Shown here: piece by piece, positions 29,575 through 39,441 of the stretch
Layout: every line of letters starts with the position of its first letter
Position numbering within the stretch: the stretch's first letter is position 1
Source: a virus
Virus record (IMG/VR): IMGVR_UViG_3300025617_000013
Location: 23,664 to 87,663 of that record
Direction: 5' to 3' (one strand)
Length of the DNA: 64,000 nucleotides
Notes under the pieces: generated by a model
What the model was told of the DNA's origin: nothing
What the model saw: the letters and a program-made list of their open reading frames with translations, nothing else
Databases searched by the model: none
Made by a program: the position numbers and the translations under genes

Positions 29575-31473
29575 ATGGCGGATACTTCCTTATTTGGTAG
29601 ATTAAAGAGATTGTTTTCTAACGACGTAGTAGTACGTAACGTAGGAGGTGATCAATTAAAAATCGCAGATGTTAACCAGATACAGCAAACTGGTAAATTT
29701 CAAACTAATTCTTTAGTTGATAGATTTAGTAGATTATACATCTACAATAATAAAAATATATTTAACCCTAACCTTAATTATCAGACATTAAGGATACAGT
29801 TATATTCTGATTATGAGGCAATGGATACCGATCCTATTATAGCTTCAGCCTTAGATATATTAGCAGATGAGGCTACTCTTAAGAATGATCAGAATGAGAT
29901 TCTTACAATTAAATCCTCAGATGAAAATATACAACGTGTACTTTATAACTTATTTTACGATGTACTTAACATAGAATTTAACTTATGGTCATGGACACGT
30001 AATATGTGTAAGTATGGAGACTTCTTCCTAAAGTTAGAGGTAGCTGAAAAATTTGGTGTATATAATGTTCTACCTTATACAGTCTACCATATGGTAAGAG
30101 AAGAAGGGTTAGATCCTGAAAATCCTTCAAAAGTAGAATTCGTACTTGATCCTGAAGGAATAGCAGCTTCACAGAATCCTAATTACCTCCCTAAAAGAGA
30201 CGGTAAATCAAGAACAGTTAGATTTGATAATTACGAAATAGCACATTTCAGATTAATCTCTGATACCAACTACTTACCTTATGGACGTTCTTATTTAGAA
30301 CCTGCTAGAAAGATATTCAAACAAGTTACTTTAATGGAGGATGCAATGTTGATTCATAGAATCATGAGAGCTCCTGAAAAGAGAATGTTTTATATTAATG
30401 TAGGTTCTATTCCACCTAATGAGGTAGAGCAGTTTATGCAAAAGACTATCAACCAAATGAAAAAAACTCCATATATTGGAGAAGATGGTCAATATAATTT
30501 ACGTTTCAATATGCAGAACATGATGGAAGATTTCTATCTACCAGTTCGTGGGGGTGATACTTCTACTCGTATTGATACTACAAAAGGATTAGAGTACGAT
30601 GGTACAAACGATGTACAGTACCTACAAGCTAAAATGTTTGCAGCTCTTAAGATTCCTAAAGCATACTTTGGGTATGAAGGAGACTTAAGTGGTAAAGCAA
30701 CCTTAGCAGCAGAAGATATACGTTTTGCTAGAACTGTAGAACGTATTCAAAAGATAATGGAATCCGAGCTTACTAAAATAGCTTTAGTTCATTTATATAC
30801 ACAAGGCTTTACAGGAGAATCTTTAACTAACTTTGAAATTAAATTAACATCTCCATCAGTAATATTTGAGCAAGAAAAAGTTGCCCTATTAAAAGAGAAG
30901 ATTGATTTAGCAGCTCAAATGAAAGATACTAAAATGTTTTCTACAGACTACATATATGAAAATATATTTGATATGTCAGAAGACAAGTATATGGAAATGA
31001 GAGATTTAGTTAGAGAGGATATCAAACGTAACTTTAGATTAAATCAAATTGAATCAGAAGGTAATGACCCAGCTAAATCTGGAATTACTTACGGTACACC
31101 ACATGATTTAGCATCTATGTACGGTAGACGATCAGTTGCTACACCTAAAGGTGGTGCACCAGGAGATGTACCAGTAGGTTATTCTGAAACCGAACCTGAA
31201 TGGGGACAGCCAGGACCAGAAGGCGGTAGACCAAAAGAAAAAGCCTCCGTGTACGGTACTAATGATGATCCTATAGGAGGTCGTGATCCGTTAGGTATTC
31301 ATGGTATGAGAGGTGGATATCCTTCCGATAACGATAATGTATCAGAAAATATAGCTACACAAGCTGTTTTCCATAAAAACAAAGAATCTTTTAAAAATAT
31401 AGTTTTCCAAAAGGAAAACAAGAAAGAATCAGATCTTCTTAATGAAGATAATATAAAAGATTTAGGAAAGTAA
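29575..31473 (+). CDS. Portal protein (T4 gp20-like)
   Basis: 'MEDAMLIHRIMRAPEKRMFYINVG', 'EDFYLPVRG' and 'ALKIPK' gp20-family motifs; follows terL. Confidence 0.92.
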   Translation: MADTSLFGRLKRLFSNDVVVRNVGGDQLKIADVNQIQQTGKFQTNSLVDRFSRLYIYNNKNIFNPNLNYQTLRIQLYSDYEAMDTDPIIASALDILADEATLKNDQNEILTIKSSDENIQRVLYNLFYDVLNIEFNLWSWTRNMCKYGDFFLKLEVAEKFGVYNVLPYTVYHMVREEGLDPENPSKVEFVLDPEGIAASQNPNYLPKRDGKSRTVRFDNYEIAHFRLISDTNYLPYGRSYLEPARKIFKQVTLMEDAMLIHRIMRAPEKRMFYINVGSIPPNEVEQFMQKTINQMKKTPYIGEDGQYNLRFNMQNMMEDFYLPVRGGDTSTRIDTTKGLEYDGTNDVQYLQAKMFAALKIPKAYFGYEGDLSGKATLAAEDIRFARTVERIQKIMESELTKIALVHLYTQGFTGESLTNFEIKLTSPSVIFEQEKVALLKEKIDLAAQMKDTKMFSTDYIYENIFDMSEDKYMEMRDLVREDIKRNFRLNQIESEGNDPAKSGITYGTPHDLASMYGRRSVATPKGGAPGDVPVGYSETEPEWGQPGPEGGRPKEKASVYGTNDDPIGGRDPLGIHGMRGGYPSDNDNVSENIATQAVFHKNKESFKNIVFQKENKKESDLLNEDNIKDLGK

Positions 31474-31477
31474 CACA

Positions 31478-31485
31478 TATTTATA
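31478..31485 (+). promoter_or_regulatory. TATTTATA putative late promoter
   Basis: 24 nt upstream of ATG 31502. Confidence 0.65.
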
Positions 31486-31501
31486 ATAGTAAACGTGTAT
31501 A

Positions 31502-32356
31502 ATGAAAATTAAGCATTCAAAATTCCGTAATACCGGTCTGATATTTGAACTACTAGTTAAGCAAGTAGCTTCAGATACTCTGAATAATAGAGATTCAGCA
31601 GCTGTAAGTATTATTAAAAAGTACTACGCTGGGAAGACTAGTTTAGCGAAAGAATATAAACTTTACGAATTTATAACTAAAAATAAAAACGTATCTCAAT
31701 CTAAAGCTGAAGCTATAGTTTCTACTATAACAGAGATTTCTAGAAAACTTGATCAAAAACTTCTCAAAAAACAGAAGTATGAACTTATATCTGAAATTAA
31801 AGCTAATTACAATATAGATGAGTTTTTCAGTATACAGGTAAGGGATTACAAAGGTTTAGCTGCATTATACTGTTTACTAGAAGCACAAAATAATTCTAAT
31901 TTAGTTAATCCGCAAACTTTAGTAGATAATAAGACTACTATATTAGAGCATTTAACTGAAGAACCTCAAAAGGAAAAGAACGTTAAGGATACATTAATAG
32001 AAGATTATTCTAAATACGATAAAGACCTTAGGTTACTTACTTTTAAAATATTACTAGAGAAGTTTAACGATAACTATAAAGACTTACTCCCACAACAGAA
32101 AAGAATACTTAAAGAGTTTATAACCTCAGTTAATTCAGATACAAGATTACGTAATACTGTTAACGAAGAGTTAAGTATAATTCTTTCTGAAATTAAGTCA
32201 CTAATAGGAAAAGTAGAGGATAAAGTAATAAAGATTAAATTAGACGAAATAACTAAGACTATTAAACCTTTATCTAATAAAGAAAAAGTTACAGATAGCC
32301 ATTTAGTTAACCTGATGCAATATTACGACTTAATACAGGAACTAAAGAATATATGA
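31502..32356 (+). CDS. Head-module hypothetical protein (helical; possible prohead core component)
   Basis: Lies between portal and protease; 284-aa helical protein. Confidence 0.55.
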   Translation: MKIKHSKFRNTGLIFELLVKQVASDTLNNRDSAAVSIIKKYYAGKTSLAKEYKLYEFITKNKNVSQSKAEAIVSTITEISRKLDQKLLKKQKYELISEIKANYNIDEFFSIQVRDYKGLAALYCLLEAQNNSNLVNPQTLVDNKTTILEHLTEEPQKEKNVKDTLIEDYSKYDKDLRLLTFKILLEKFNDNYKDLLPQQKRILKEFITSVNSDTRLRNTVNEELSIILSEIKSLIGKVEDKVIKIKLDEITKTIKPLSNKEKVTDSHLVNLMQYYDLIQELKNI

Positions 32357-32592
32357 AACGATCTGAATTAGTTAATCTAGTTAAAGAAGTTTTAGGGGAG
32401 TTAGATGAAGCAAACGTAACCGGTGGATCAGCAACCTTTACACCAGGTACCGGAGCACAATATGCTACTCCTAACGCCTTTTCAAAAAATAAAAAAGGTA
32501 ACAGAGCAACAAAATTATTAAAGAAATTAGGCTGGAAAAAGCAGGAACGCCCAAAACGGCCATCACATACTAAAATGTTTGACTACTTATGA
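32353..32592 (+). CDS. Small head-associated protein with cleavable-looking leader
   Basis: MKRSELVNLVKEVLGELDE followed by a Gly/Thr linker and a basic tail. Confidence 0.55.
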   Translation: MKRSELVNLVKEVLGELDEANVTGGSATFTPGTGAQYATPNAFSKNKKGNRATKLLKKLGWKKQERPKRPSHTKMFDYL

Positions 32593-34691
32593 GACAGGTA
32601 ACTGCAACAGAAAAATATAGAGCCGTAAACGAAGGTAAGCTCGCTGAAGGCGAATTCGTACGTCAAATGCGCTTATCTTACCCTTCAGTTATTTCGCAAT
32701 GGAGTAGCTTTAAGGATACTGTAACTATACTTAAAAATAGAGGATATATCACAGAAAAATCAGGAGTTGATACTTATGATAGTCGAGTTAATTTAAACAT
32801 CTCTCCTAATTCAATAGATAGAGGAGTTCGTTATGAATTAAGTGGACAAGATGTTGATCCTACAACTACTACAGATAAAGAACTTGTAGCTAAAATCACC
32901 GACAGAGTAGTTAAGAACCTTAAGAAAGATCCACTTCACTATATTAACTTATTATCAAAGGAATCTAATAAAGTAGATAAACATGATAAAGAAGTTGAAA
33001 CTAAAAGAGGAGCAAAAGATAAAGACGTTATAAACGGTTTGAAGAAAGCAACCTTGAAGGAAGATTCTACTCCTAAACAGAAAGACTTTTATGCAGATTA
33101 TACTGACATAGGTATGTTCTATATGGAGAAACATGGAAATATCTATAAAGGTAAAGAACAGGTACTATCAGATGCACAATATGAGGATTTAGGAAAGAAG
33201 ATTGTTGATCAGCTGTATGATGGAGATATAGCAAAAGCATATGATGATTTAGCAGTTCCAGGATTAGACGCTGCCGCCAAGAGGTTAGCTGATGATGGTA
33301 AGCTTATCAATCCTCAAAAAGTAGACGGTACTCCTGTAGAAGAAGAAGACGGATACAATACAGATCCTAACCTTCAAATGCATATCGATGATGAAGAGTG
33401 GGAAAGAGAAATGGGAAGAGGCCCTAAAGAAGACGTAGTTAAAGAAGCAGGTAAAGCCGCTCTTATTCAAACTATGAACAATGCAATCTCAGCTATTAAA
33501 GGTAAATACGGTAAAATATCAGGTATTTCTGGTATCATTAGAGATTTTTTAAAGACACATTTAGATGACTTAGCAAATGGAGCAGATCCATTAGATGAGT
33601 TTGAAAACTTTGTAGATATTAACTATGATTCATTATCAGAAACAGAAATATCTGAAGAAGATATAGATACAGATGGATATGTAGAATCAATGGGACCAGA
33701 ATTTGATGTAGCAGTAGAACAATTAGTCGCTGCATTTGAAGATTGGAAATCGGGTCCAATGACTGAACCGGAAATGATTCCTTATGCAGTAAAAGATGTA
33801 ATCGGATACCTGCAAGGCAAATTAGGAGGAACTTTAGCTGAAGCAGCTGGACCAGATCCAGAATCTATTTGCCCGGAATGTGATGGTTCAGGATGCGACC
33901 ACTGTGACGGTACAGGAGCACACAAAATAAGAGAAGAAGATTATGTTCCAAAAAGAAGAGGTGCATTAGAAGAAAGAGTAGGAGGATTACAAGAATTTAT
34001 TTCGTTAATAGAAGATAGAGCAGCAGAAAACGACACTACAGAAGCTGATGAAGCAGAAGAAGTAGTTTATGCTATAGGTGACCATTACAACTTTGGTGTA
34101 GACATTATGCATGCTCCAAACGAAGCTAAAGGAAAAGATCATGACGGAGATGGAGACATCGATGGAGATGATTATATGGCTGCTAAAGATAAAGCTATCA
34201 AAAAAGCCATGGGTAAAGATGAAGCTTTTTTAAAGGAAAATATTAAATCAATTATTACTAAAGTTCTTGAGGAAGAAGTAATCGTAGAAGCAGCTACAGG
34301 TAATCTTGCTAAATACTCAGAAGAGTATGGAGGATTTGAAGGTCTACCAAATGCTATTAATCAACTTGAGAATATAGTTACAGATGTAGAGTCTTACTAT
34401 AACAAGGTTAGAGAGAAACTTCAAAAAGTATACAACGATATAGGTAATATTACCAATGAAGAAGGTTTAAAAGTTGGAGGATTTATCGCACCATCAATTG
34501 AATCTGCTTTCCTTAAAGATCTTAAACCAGTAATTGCTAAAGGATTTACTAAAGGATTAGAAACTCCTAAAGTAAAAACTATTTCTCAAGCCGATATCAT
34601 GTCAGCAAGAATGGAACAGGGATTAGATGAGAAAGAGATAGAAGAGAAACAAACAATGTTTACTCCGGTTCACGAAACTAAAAAGAAATAA
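32589..34691 (+). CDS. Acidic modular prohead core/internal polyprotein-like protein
   Basis: Many [ILV]xE sites; embedded CPECDGSGCDHCDGTG zinc finger and DHDGDGDIDGDDY Ca-binding-like loop. Confidence 0.55.
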   Translation: MRQVTATEKYRAVNEGKLAEGEFVRQMRLSYPSVISQWSSFKDTVTILKNRGYITEKSGVDTYDSRVNLNISPNSIDRGVRYELSGQDVDPTTTTDKELVAKITDRVVKNLKKDPLHYINLLSKESNKVDKHDKEVETKRGAKDKDVINGLKKATLKEDSTPKQKDFYADYTDIGMFYMEKHGNIYKGKEQVLSDAQYEDLGKKIVDQLYDGDIAKAYDDLAVPGLDAAAKRLADDGKLINPQKVDGTPVEEEDGYNTDPNLQMHIDDEEWEREMGRGPKEDVVKEAGKAALIQTMNNAISAIKGKYGKISGISGIIRDFLKTHLDDLANGADPLDEFENFVDINYDSLSETEISEEDIDTDGYVESMGPEFDVAVEQLVAAFEDWKSGPMTEPEMIPYAVKDVIGYLQGKLGGTLAEAAGPDPESICPECDGSGCDHCDGTGAHKIREEDYVPKRRGALEERVGGLQEFISLIEDRAAENDTTEADEAEEVVYAIGDHYNFGVDIMHAPNEAKGKDHDGDGDIDGDDYMAAKDKAIKKAMGKDEAFLKENIKSIITKVLEEEVIVEAATGNLAKYSEEYGGFEGLPNAINQLENIVTDVESYYNKVREKLQKVYNDIGNITNEEGLKVGGFIAPSIESAFLKDLKPVIAKGFTKGLETPKVKTISQADIMSARMEQGLDEKEIEEKQTMFTPVHETKKK

Positions 34692-34702
34692 TAATATAAA
34701 TT

Positions 34703-35281
34703 ATGTCACAACTATTAGTAGACGTTACCCCTTTTAAACCAACTATTAGAGAATCCAAAGAAAAACCCGGAGTCTTTGAAGTAGAAGGTGTATTACAAAG
34801 AGCAGTAGCTAAAAATCAGAATGGACGTACTTATAGTAAAGACATCCTAATGAGAGAAGCTAAGAGATATGTTGAAGAGTTCGTAAAGGTAGGTAATGCC
34901 TTTGGAGAACTCGACCACCCTGAATCCCCAGTTGTCTCTTTAAAGAACGCCTCCCATATAGTAAAGGATTTATGGTGGAAAGGAGACGACCTTATGGGAC
35001 GTGTTGAACTATTAAATACACCAGCCGGTAATATTGTAAAAGAGATATGTAAAGCAGGTCATACAATAGGTATCTCATCTAGAGGAACCGGTTCAGTACA
35101 ACAAACAAACGAAGGTACTTTAGAAGTACAAGACGACTTTGAATTAGTATGTTGGGACTTTGTATCTAATCCATCTACACATGGAGCATTTATGAACCCA
35201 GTATCCTTAAATGAAGGTAAAGTTAAAGTATCTAAATATTCTAATTTAGATTCAATTATAAACGATATTTTAAGAGCCTAA
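34703..35281 (+). CDS. Prohead protease (T4 gp21-like)
   Basis: 'NQNGRTY', 'GELDHP', 'GISSRGTGS' and 'WDFVSNPS' motifs. Confidence 0.93.
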   Translation: MSQLLVDVTPFKPTIRESKEKPGVFEVEGVLQRAVAKNQNGRTYSKDILMREAKRYVEEFVKVGNAFGELDHPESPVVSLKNASHIVKDLWWKGDDLMGRVELLNTPAGNIVKEICKAGHTIGISSRGTGSVQQTNEGTLEVQDDFELVCWDFVSNPSTHGAFMNPVSLNEGKVKVSKYSNLDSIINDILRA

Positions 35282-35316
35282 TAATAATTCCCTCGGACGC
35301 TACCGAAGGCAGGTGT

Positions 35317-35351
35317 AAGAGACCTTTCAGAAATGAAAGGTTTTCTTGTTT
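35317..35351 (+). terminator. Rho-independent terminator after the protease gene
   Basis: ACCTTTCA-GAAA-TGAAAGGT stem-loop followed by a T-rich tract. Confidence 0.7.
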
Positions 35352-35365
35352 TAGTAAAACATATA

Positions 35366-35373
35366 TATTTATA
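35366..35373 (+). promoter_or_regulatory. TATTTATA putative late promoter of the scaffold-capsid operon
   Basis: Directly after the terminator, 100 nt upstream of ATG 35466. Confidence 0.65.
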
Positions 35374-35465
35374 TACATAATATAACGTCCTATACGTTAT
35401 TAATAATTTTATAACTTCACATTACAGTTTACAGTAACTGTACGAAATCACAAAACATTATTTAA

Positions 35466-36698
35466 ATGGCAAACAAAGATTTACTTAAGCAAGCTATTGC
35501 TGAAGCCAAATCCGTACGTGAAGCCGCTATTGCTAACGCTAAAGAAGCTTTAGAAGAGACTTTAACTCCTCACCTAAAAGATATGTTAGCTGCTAAACTT
35601 CAAGAGATGGAAGATTCATCTGTAGAAGAAGAAGTAGTAAATGAATCTATAGAAGAAGAGATTGAAGAAACTGTAGAAGTAACTGAAGAAGAAACAGTAG
35701 AGGAAGAAGTACTAGAAGAGGTACCAGCAGCAGTAAAAGAAGCTGAGGATGACTCTGAAGAATCAGAGGACGAAGCTGAGGAAGAAATCGAAGAACCCGC
35801 TGAAGAAGAGGGTGAAGAAGAAACAGTTGAAGGTGACGAGGATCTTGGAGACTTAACAGTAGACCAGTTCAAAGATATGATCCGTGACATAATCGCTCAA
35901 GAACTTGACCACGATGGTGGTGAAGAAGAACTTGGTGCTGATATGGACGCTGGGGATATTGAAGGAATGGGAGATGAAGAGTCTATGGAAGAACCTATGG
36001 AACTTGATGCTGCTTCTGACGAAGAAGAGATCGACTTAGACGAACTTTTAAGAGAGTTAGACGAAGTAGATGAATACGGCTCTACTAGACAAAGAGACCG
36101 TGCTGATTCTGCTGCATCAGGTCTAGAGAACATTGTAAAAGGATTAACAGCTCTTTCTAAAAAAGCAGGTCCAGCCGCTAAAAAAGCATATGCTGCTTTA
36201 CAAGCTTTAGGAGCAGGAGCAGGTTATGCAATGCGTAACGAAGGAGACCAAGATGGAGACGATGAAGCTCTATCACCAGAGGAGTTAGCAAATAAACATG
36301 CTGGTTCTCCAATGAAAGAAGATAGAGATAATTCTGAATTATCAGAAGCGTTAGAGACTGTTGAAGCTCTACGTAAAGATCTTCAAGAAGTAAACCTTCT
36401 TAATTCTAAATTACTTTATGTGAACAAAATCTTCAAGGCTAATAGTCTTTCTGAATCACAAAAAGTAAATGTAATTGCTGCTTTTGATAAAGCAGAAACA
36501 GTAAAAGAAGTAAAATTAGTATTCGAAACAGTTTCTGAAAATGTAGCTACTCCTAAAAAGGAGAATGTAACTGAAGCTAAATTAGGCATGGCGTCTAAAG
36601 CAACAGGTACTACAGCAACAAAACCAGAAATCATTGCAGAAAATTCTGCAGTACATCGTATGCAAGTTTTAGCTGGTATTAAACCAAGACAATTTTAA
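35466..36698 (+). CDS. Prohead scaffolding protein (gp22-like position)
   Basis: Highly acidic coiled-coil protein between protease and capsid genes. Confidence 0.8.
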   Translation: MANKDLLKQAIAEAKSVREAAIANAKEALEETLTPHLKDMLAAKLQEMEDSSVEEEVVNESIEEEIEETVEVTEEETVEEEVLEEVPAAVKEAEDDSEESEDEAEEEIEEPAEEEGEEETVEGDEDLGDLTVDQFKDMIRDIIAQELDHDGGEEELGADMDAGDIEGMGDEESMEEPMELDAASDEEEIDLDELLRELDEVDEYGSTRQRDRADSAASGLENIVKGLTALSKKAGPAAKKAYAALQALGAGAGYAMRNEGDQDGDDEALSPEELANKHAGSPMKEDRDNSELSEALETVEALRKDLQEVNLLNSKLLYVNKIFKANSLSESQKVNVIAAFDKAETVKEVKLVFETVSENVATPKKENVTEAKLGMASKATGTTATKPEIIAENSAVHRMQVLAGIKPRQF

Positions 36699-36724
36699 TT
36701 TAATTTAACTTATTTATTTCAATC

Positions 36725-38308
36725 ATGGAAATTAATTCATTATTAGAAAGCTCAAACTCATATAAGAGTTTACAGGCTGACTCAGCAAAATTAGCTGACA
36801 AATGGTCTGCTTCAGGTTTACTTGAAGGTATTGAGGATAATCGCTACAAAAACAACATGGCGATGATTCTTGAGAACCAAGCAAAACAAATCGTAGCAGA
36901 AGCAAATAGTACTAACGTAGGAGGAGGATCTTTCTCTGCTGGCTCTGGAGAGCAGTGGGCAGGAGTTGCTTTACCTTTAGTAAGAAAGGTATTCGCTCAA
37001 ATCGTTGCACAAGATTTCGTATCTGTACAACCAATGAACTTACCTTCAGGTCTAGTATTTTATCTAGATTTCAAATACGGTGATACTGCTAACGGTAGAA
37101 CTGATAACGACAACATGTACGGTAACGTATCTACTGCTAACGATAAAATGGCAGTTAACGAAGCTGTAGCTGGTGGTCTTTATGGAGCTGGTCAATTTGG
37201 ATACTCAATCAATGAAGTAGACGGTACTGCTGTATCTGCTTCTGTATCTAATGCAGATTCTGCTTCTGTAAACTATGAAGTAGGAATTTCTCCTGCATCT
37301 TACGATGAAGTAGCTGTACCAGTTTCTTCTATCTCTAACTTTGACGCAGAAGGTATCCGTGCTTTCCGTTTAACATCTGCATCTGTTGCTGTAGCTACAT
37401 TAAACCAGTATACGAAAGTAGAAGGTTCAAACGTAGTGTTTGTAACTGCTGATGGAGCTGTATCTACTGACGATACTGTAGTAGTAAAATACCACAAACA
37501 ACCAGTTGATAACGACAGAGGAGACTTTGAAGCAACAGGAGCTAGAGCTGTAGAAAACTTAGCTATTCCAGAAATCGACGTAAAACTTGCTTCTGAAGCA
37601 ATCGTTGCTAAAACTAGAAAGTTAAAAGCACAGTGGACACCAGAGTTCGCACAAGATCTAAATGCTTACCATTCAATTGATGCTGAAGCTGAATTAACAT
37701 CTTTATTATCTGAGTACATCTCTATGGAGATTGATTTAGAAATTTTAGATATGTTAATCTTAGGTGCACGTACAACTGAACACTGGTCAGCTGAGAACAA
37801 CAAAGTATGGAGTGGAACTAACTGGACTACTGATACTTCTGATTTCTATAATACTCAAGGACAATGGTTCCAAACTTTAGGAACTAAAATCCAAAAAGTA
37901 TCTAACAAGATTCACCAGAAAACTTTAAGAGGTGGTGCTAACTTCGTAGTAGTATCTCCAACAGTTGCTACAGTATTAGAGTCTATCCCAGGATTTGCTG
38001 CTTCTACTGACGGTGATCAAATGGACTTCAATATGGGAGTACAACGTGTAGGTTCTCTTGCAAACAGATTTAAAGTTTACAAGAATCCTTATATGACTGA
38101 GAACATTGCTCTTTTAGGATATAGAGGATCTCAATTCTTAGAAACAGGTGCAGTATATGCTCCTTACGTTCCATTAATGATGACTCCATTAGTATACGAT
38201 CCGGAATCTTTCACACCAAGAAAAGGTTTGATGACTCGTTATGCTAAGAAGATGATCAGACCAGAATTCTACGGTAAAATTCATATCTCTGACTTAGATC
38301 AGATTTAA
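36725..38308 (+). CDS. Major capsid protein (T4 gp23-like)
   Basis: 'VSVQPMNLPSGLVFYL', 'AKTRKLKAQWTPEFAQDLNAYH..DAEAEL', 'YAPYVPL' and 'FTPRKGLMTRY'. Confidence 0.96.
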   Translation: MEINSLLESSNSYKSLQADSAKLADKWSASGLLEGIEDNRYKNNMAMILENQAKQIVAEANSTNVGGGSFSAGSGEQWAGVALPLVRKVFAQIVAQDFVSVQPMNLPSGLVFYLDFKYGDTANGRTDNDNMYGNVSTANDKMAVNEAVAGGLYGAGQFGYSINEVDGTAVSASVSNADSASVNYEVGISPASYDEVAVPVSSISNFDAEGIRAFRLTSASVAVATLNQYTKVEGSNVVFVTADGAVSTDDTVVVKYHKQPVDNDRGDFEATGARAVENLAIPEIDVKLASEAIVAKTRKLKAQWTPEFAQDLNAYHSIDAEAELTSLLSEYISMEIDLEILDMLILGARTTEHWSAENNKVWSGTNWTTDTSDFYNTQGQWFQTLGTKIQKVSNKIHQKTLRGGANFVVVSPTVATVLESIPGFAASTDGDQMDFNMGVQRVGSLANRFKVYKNPYMTENIALLGYRGSQFLETGAVYAPYVPLMMTPLVYDPESFTPRKGLMTRYAKKMIRPEFYGKIHISDLDQI

Positions 38309-38332
38309 GATTTACTTTAGTAATAAATTAAG

Positions 38333-38359
38333 AGAGGCCTTCGGGCCTCTTTTTTTTTT
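38333..38359 (+). terminator. Rho-independent terminator after the major capsid gene
   Basis: AGAGGCC-TTCG-GGCCTCT (cUUCGg loop) followed by a run of T. Confidence 0.92.
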
Positions 38360-38373
38360 ACTATTTATTATAT

Positions 38374-38601
38374 ATGGAATTAACTTGGCCACAGTTTCGG
38401 AATCAAAATCATATTCGTATCTTAAATGAAAACGAACAGATACGACAGTATAGATTTTATTTAGACACAGTTTCAAATCAAATAGTAAATCAAAATAAAG
38501 GACCGCAATCCTCTAGACCAGTAATAGTGACTGGGCTTCTACTACAAGAAAATTTATTTCTAATACAGCAGGAAAACGGATCCAGAATATATATAACATA
38601 A
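38374..38601 (+). CDS. Small protein, paralogue of 10997..11134
   Basis: MELTW...RQYRFYL N-terminus; C-terminal 'LLQEN..IQQENG' motif; preceded by TATTTATT at 38362. Confidence 0.7.
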   Translation: MELTWPQFRNQNHIRILNENEQIRQYRFYLDTVSNQIVNQNKGPQSSRPVIVTGLLLQENLFLIQQENGSRIYIT

Positions 38602-38607
38602 TAAATT

Positions 38608-39396
38608 ATGCCGAACTTACCAATATCCTTATTACCACAATCTACAGCTCTACAAGGAGATGAACTTTTTGTAGACGTTCAAGGAGGAGTAACTAAGTAC
38701 ACTACTCTAGGTAGTTTAGCAGCATTTACTACAAGTTCAATTCAAACAGAGGTAAATAATCTTACTGCAGCTACTTCTTCTTATTTAGCTTCACATCAAG
38801 ATACCGGTTCACTTATGGTAACTGGATCTTTATCCGGTTCATCATTGGTATTTGAAAAAGGAGATACAACTACATTTGATATTGATTTATCTAGTACATT
38901 TATTACCCCTTCTCAAACAGGTTCTTTGGTAGAAGCAGCTCATATTTCACTTTACTCCTCAGCCTCACAGCAATTAGCTGTATCTGGAGCTGCACAGCCT
39001 GTAACATTTACATCAGTATGGACTGCAAGAGGAGTTAACTTAGTAAGCGGTTCTCAAATTGTAATGGAGAAAGCAGGAACTTATCAATTTAATTTCGTTG
39101 CCCAAATTACAAATACTGAAAACGCGGTACATGATTCTTACTTTTGGATAAAGTATAATGGAAATAACTTTCCAAATTCAGCAACTCAAATGTCTTTACA
39201 ACCAAGAAAGAACGAAAGTACTCCATCTGCTCAATTAATGACAGTAAATATAGTTGGTGTTGCTCAAAACGATGGGGATTATATTGAATTATATTGGACA
39301 GGTGATAGTAATACTATAAAACTAAGTGAAACTCCTGGTGATGGAGTCAAACCAGAAACACCTTCGGTAATTGCAAATATAGTAAGAGTAGGATAA
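38608..39396 (+). CDS. Putative capsid decoration/head fibre protein with C-terminal BclA/C1q-like jelly-roll
   Basis: N-terminal 'PISLLP...GDELF..VQGGVT', an 'FEKGD..TFDI' repeat shared with 45188, and C-terminal 'AGTYQFNF...DYIELYW'. Confidence 0.5.
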   Translation: MPNLPISLLPQSTALQGDELFVDVQGGVTKYTTLGSLAAFTTSSIQTEVNNLTAATSSYLASHQDTGSLMVTGSLSGSSLVFEKGDTTTFDIDLSSTFITPSQTGSLVEAAHISLYSSASQQLAVSGAAQPVTFTSVWTARGVNLVSGSQIVMEKAGTYQFNFVAQITNTENAVHDSYFWIKYNGNNFPNSATQMSLQPRKNESTPSAQLMTVNIVGVAQNDGDYIELYWTGDSNTIKLSETPGDGVKPETPSVIANIVRVG

Positions 39397-39407
39397 TGAG
39401 TGCAGCC

Positions 39408-39415
39408 TATTTATA
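39408..39415 (+). promoter_or_regulatory. TATTTATA putative late promoter
   Basis: 34 nt upstream of the likely phoH ATG at 39442. Confidence 0.55.
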
Positions 39416-39441
39416 GGTATAAACTTAAAGTTATTAAAATA

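Noticed and set aside
38374-39396. Stop-codon readthrough fusing the in-frame ORFs 38374 and 38608
   Set aside because: Two consecutive TAA stops separate them, and 38608 has its own ATG.
39400-39441. GTG start for phoH
   Set aside because: It would place the TATTTATA motif inside the CDS; ATG 39442 fits the usual motif-to-start spacing.
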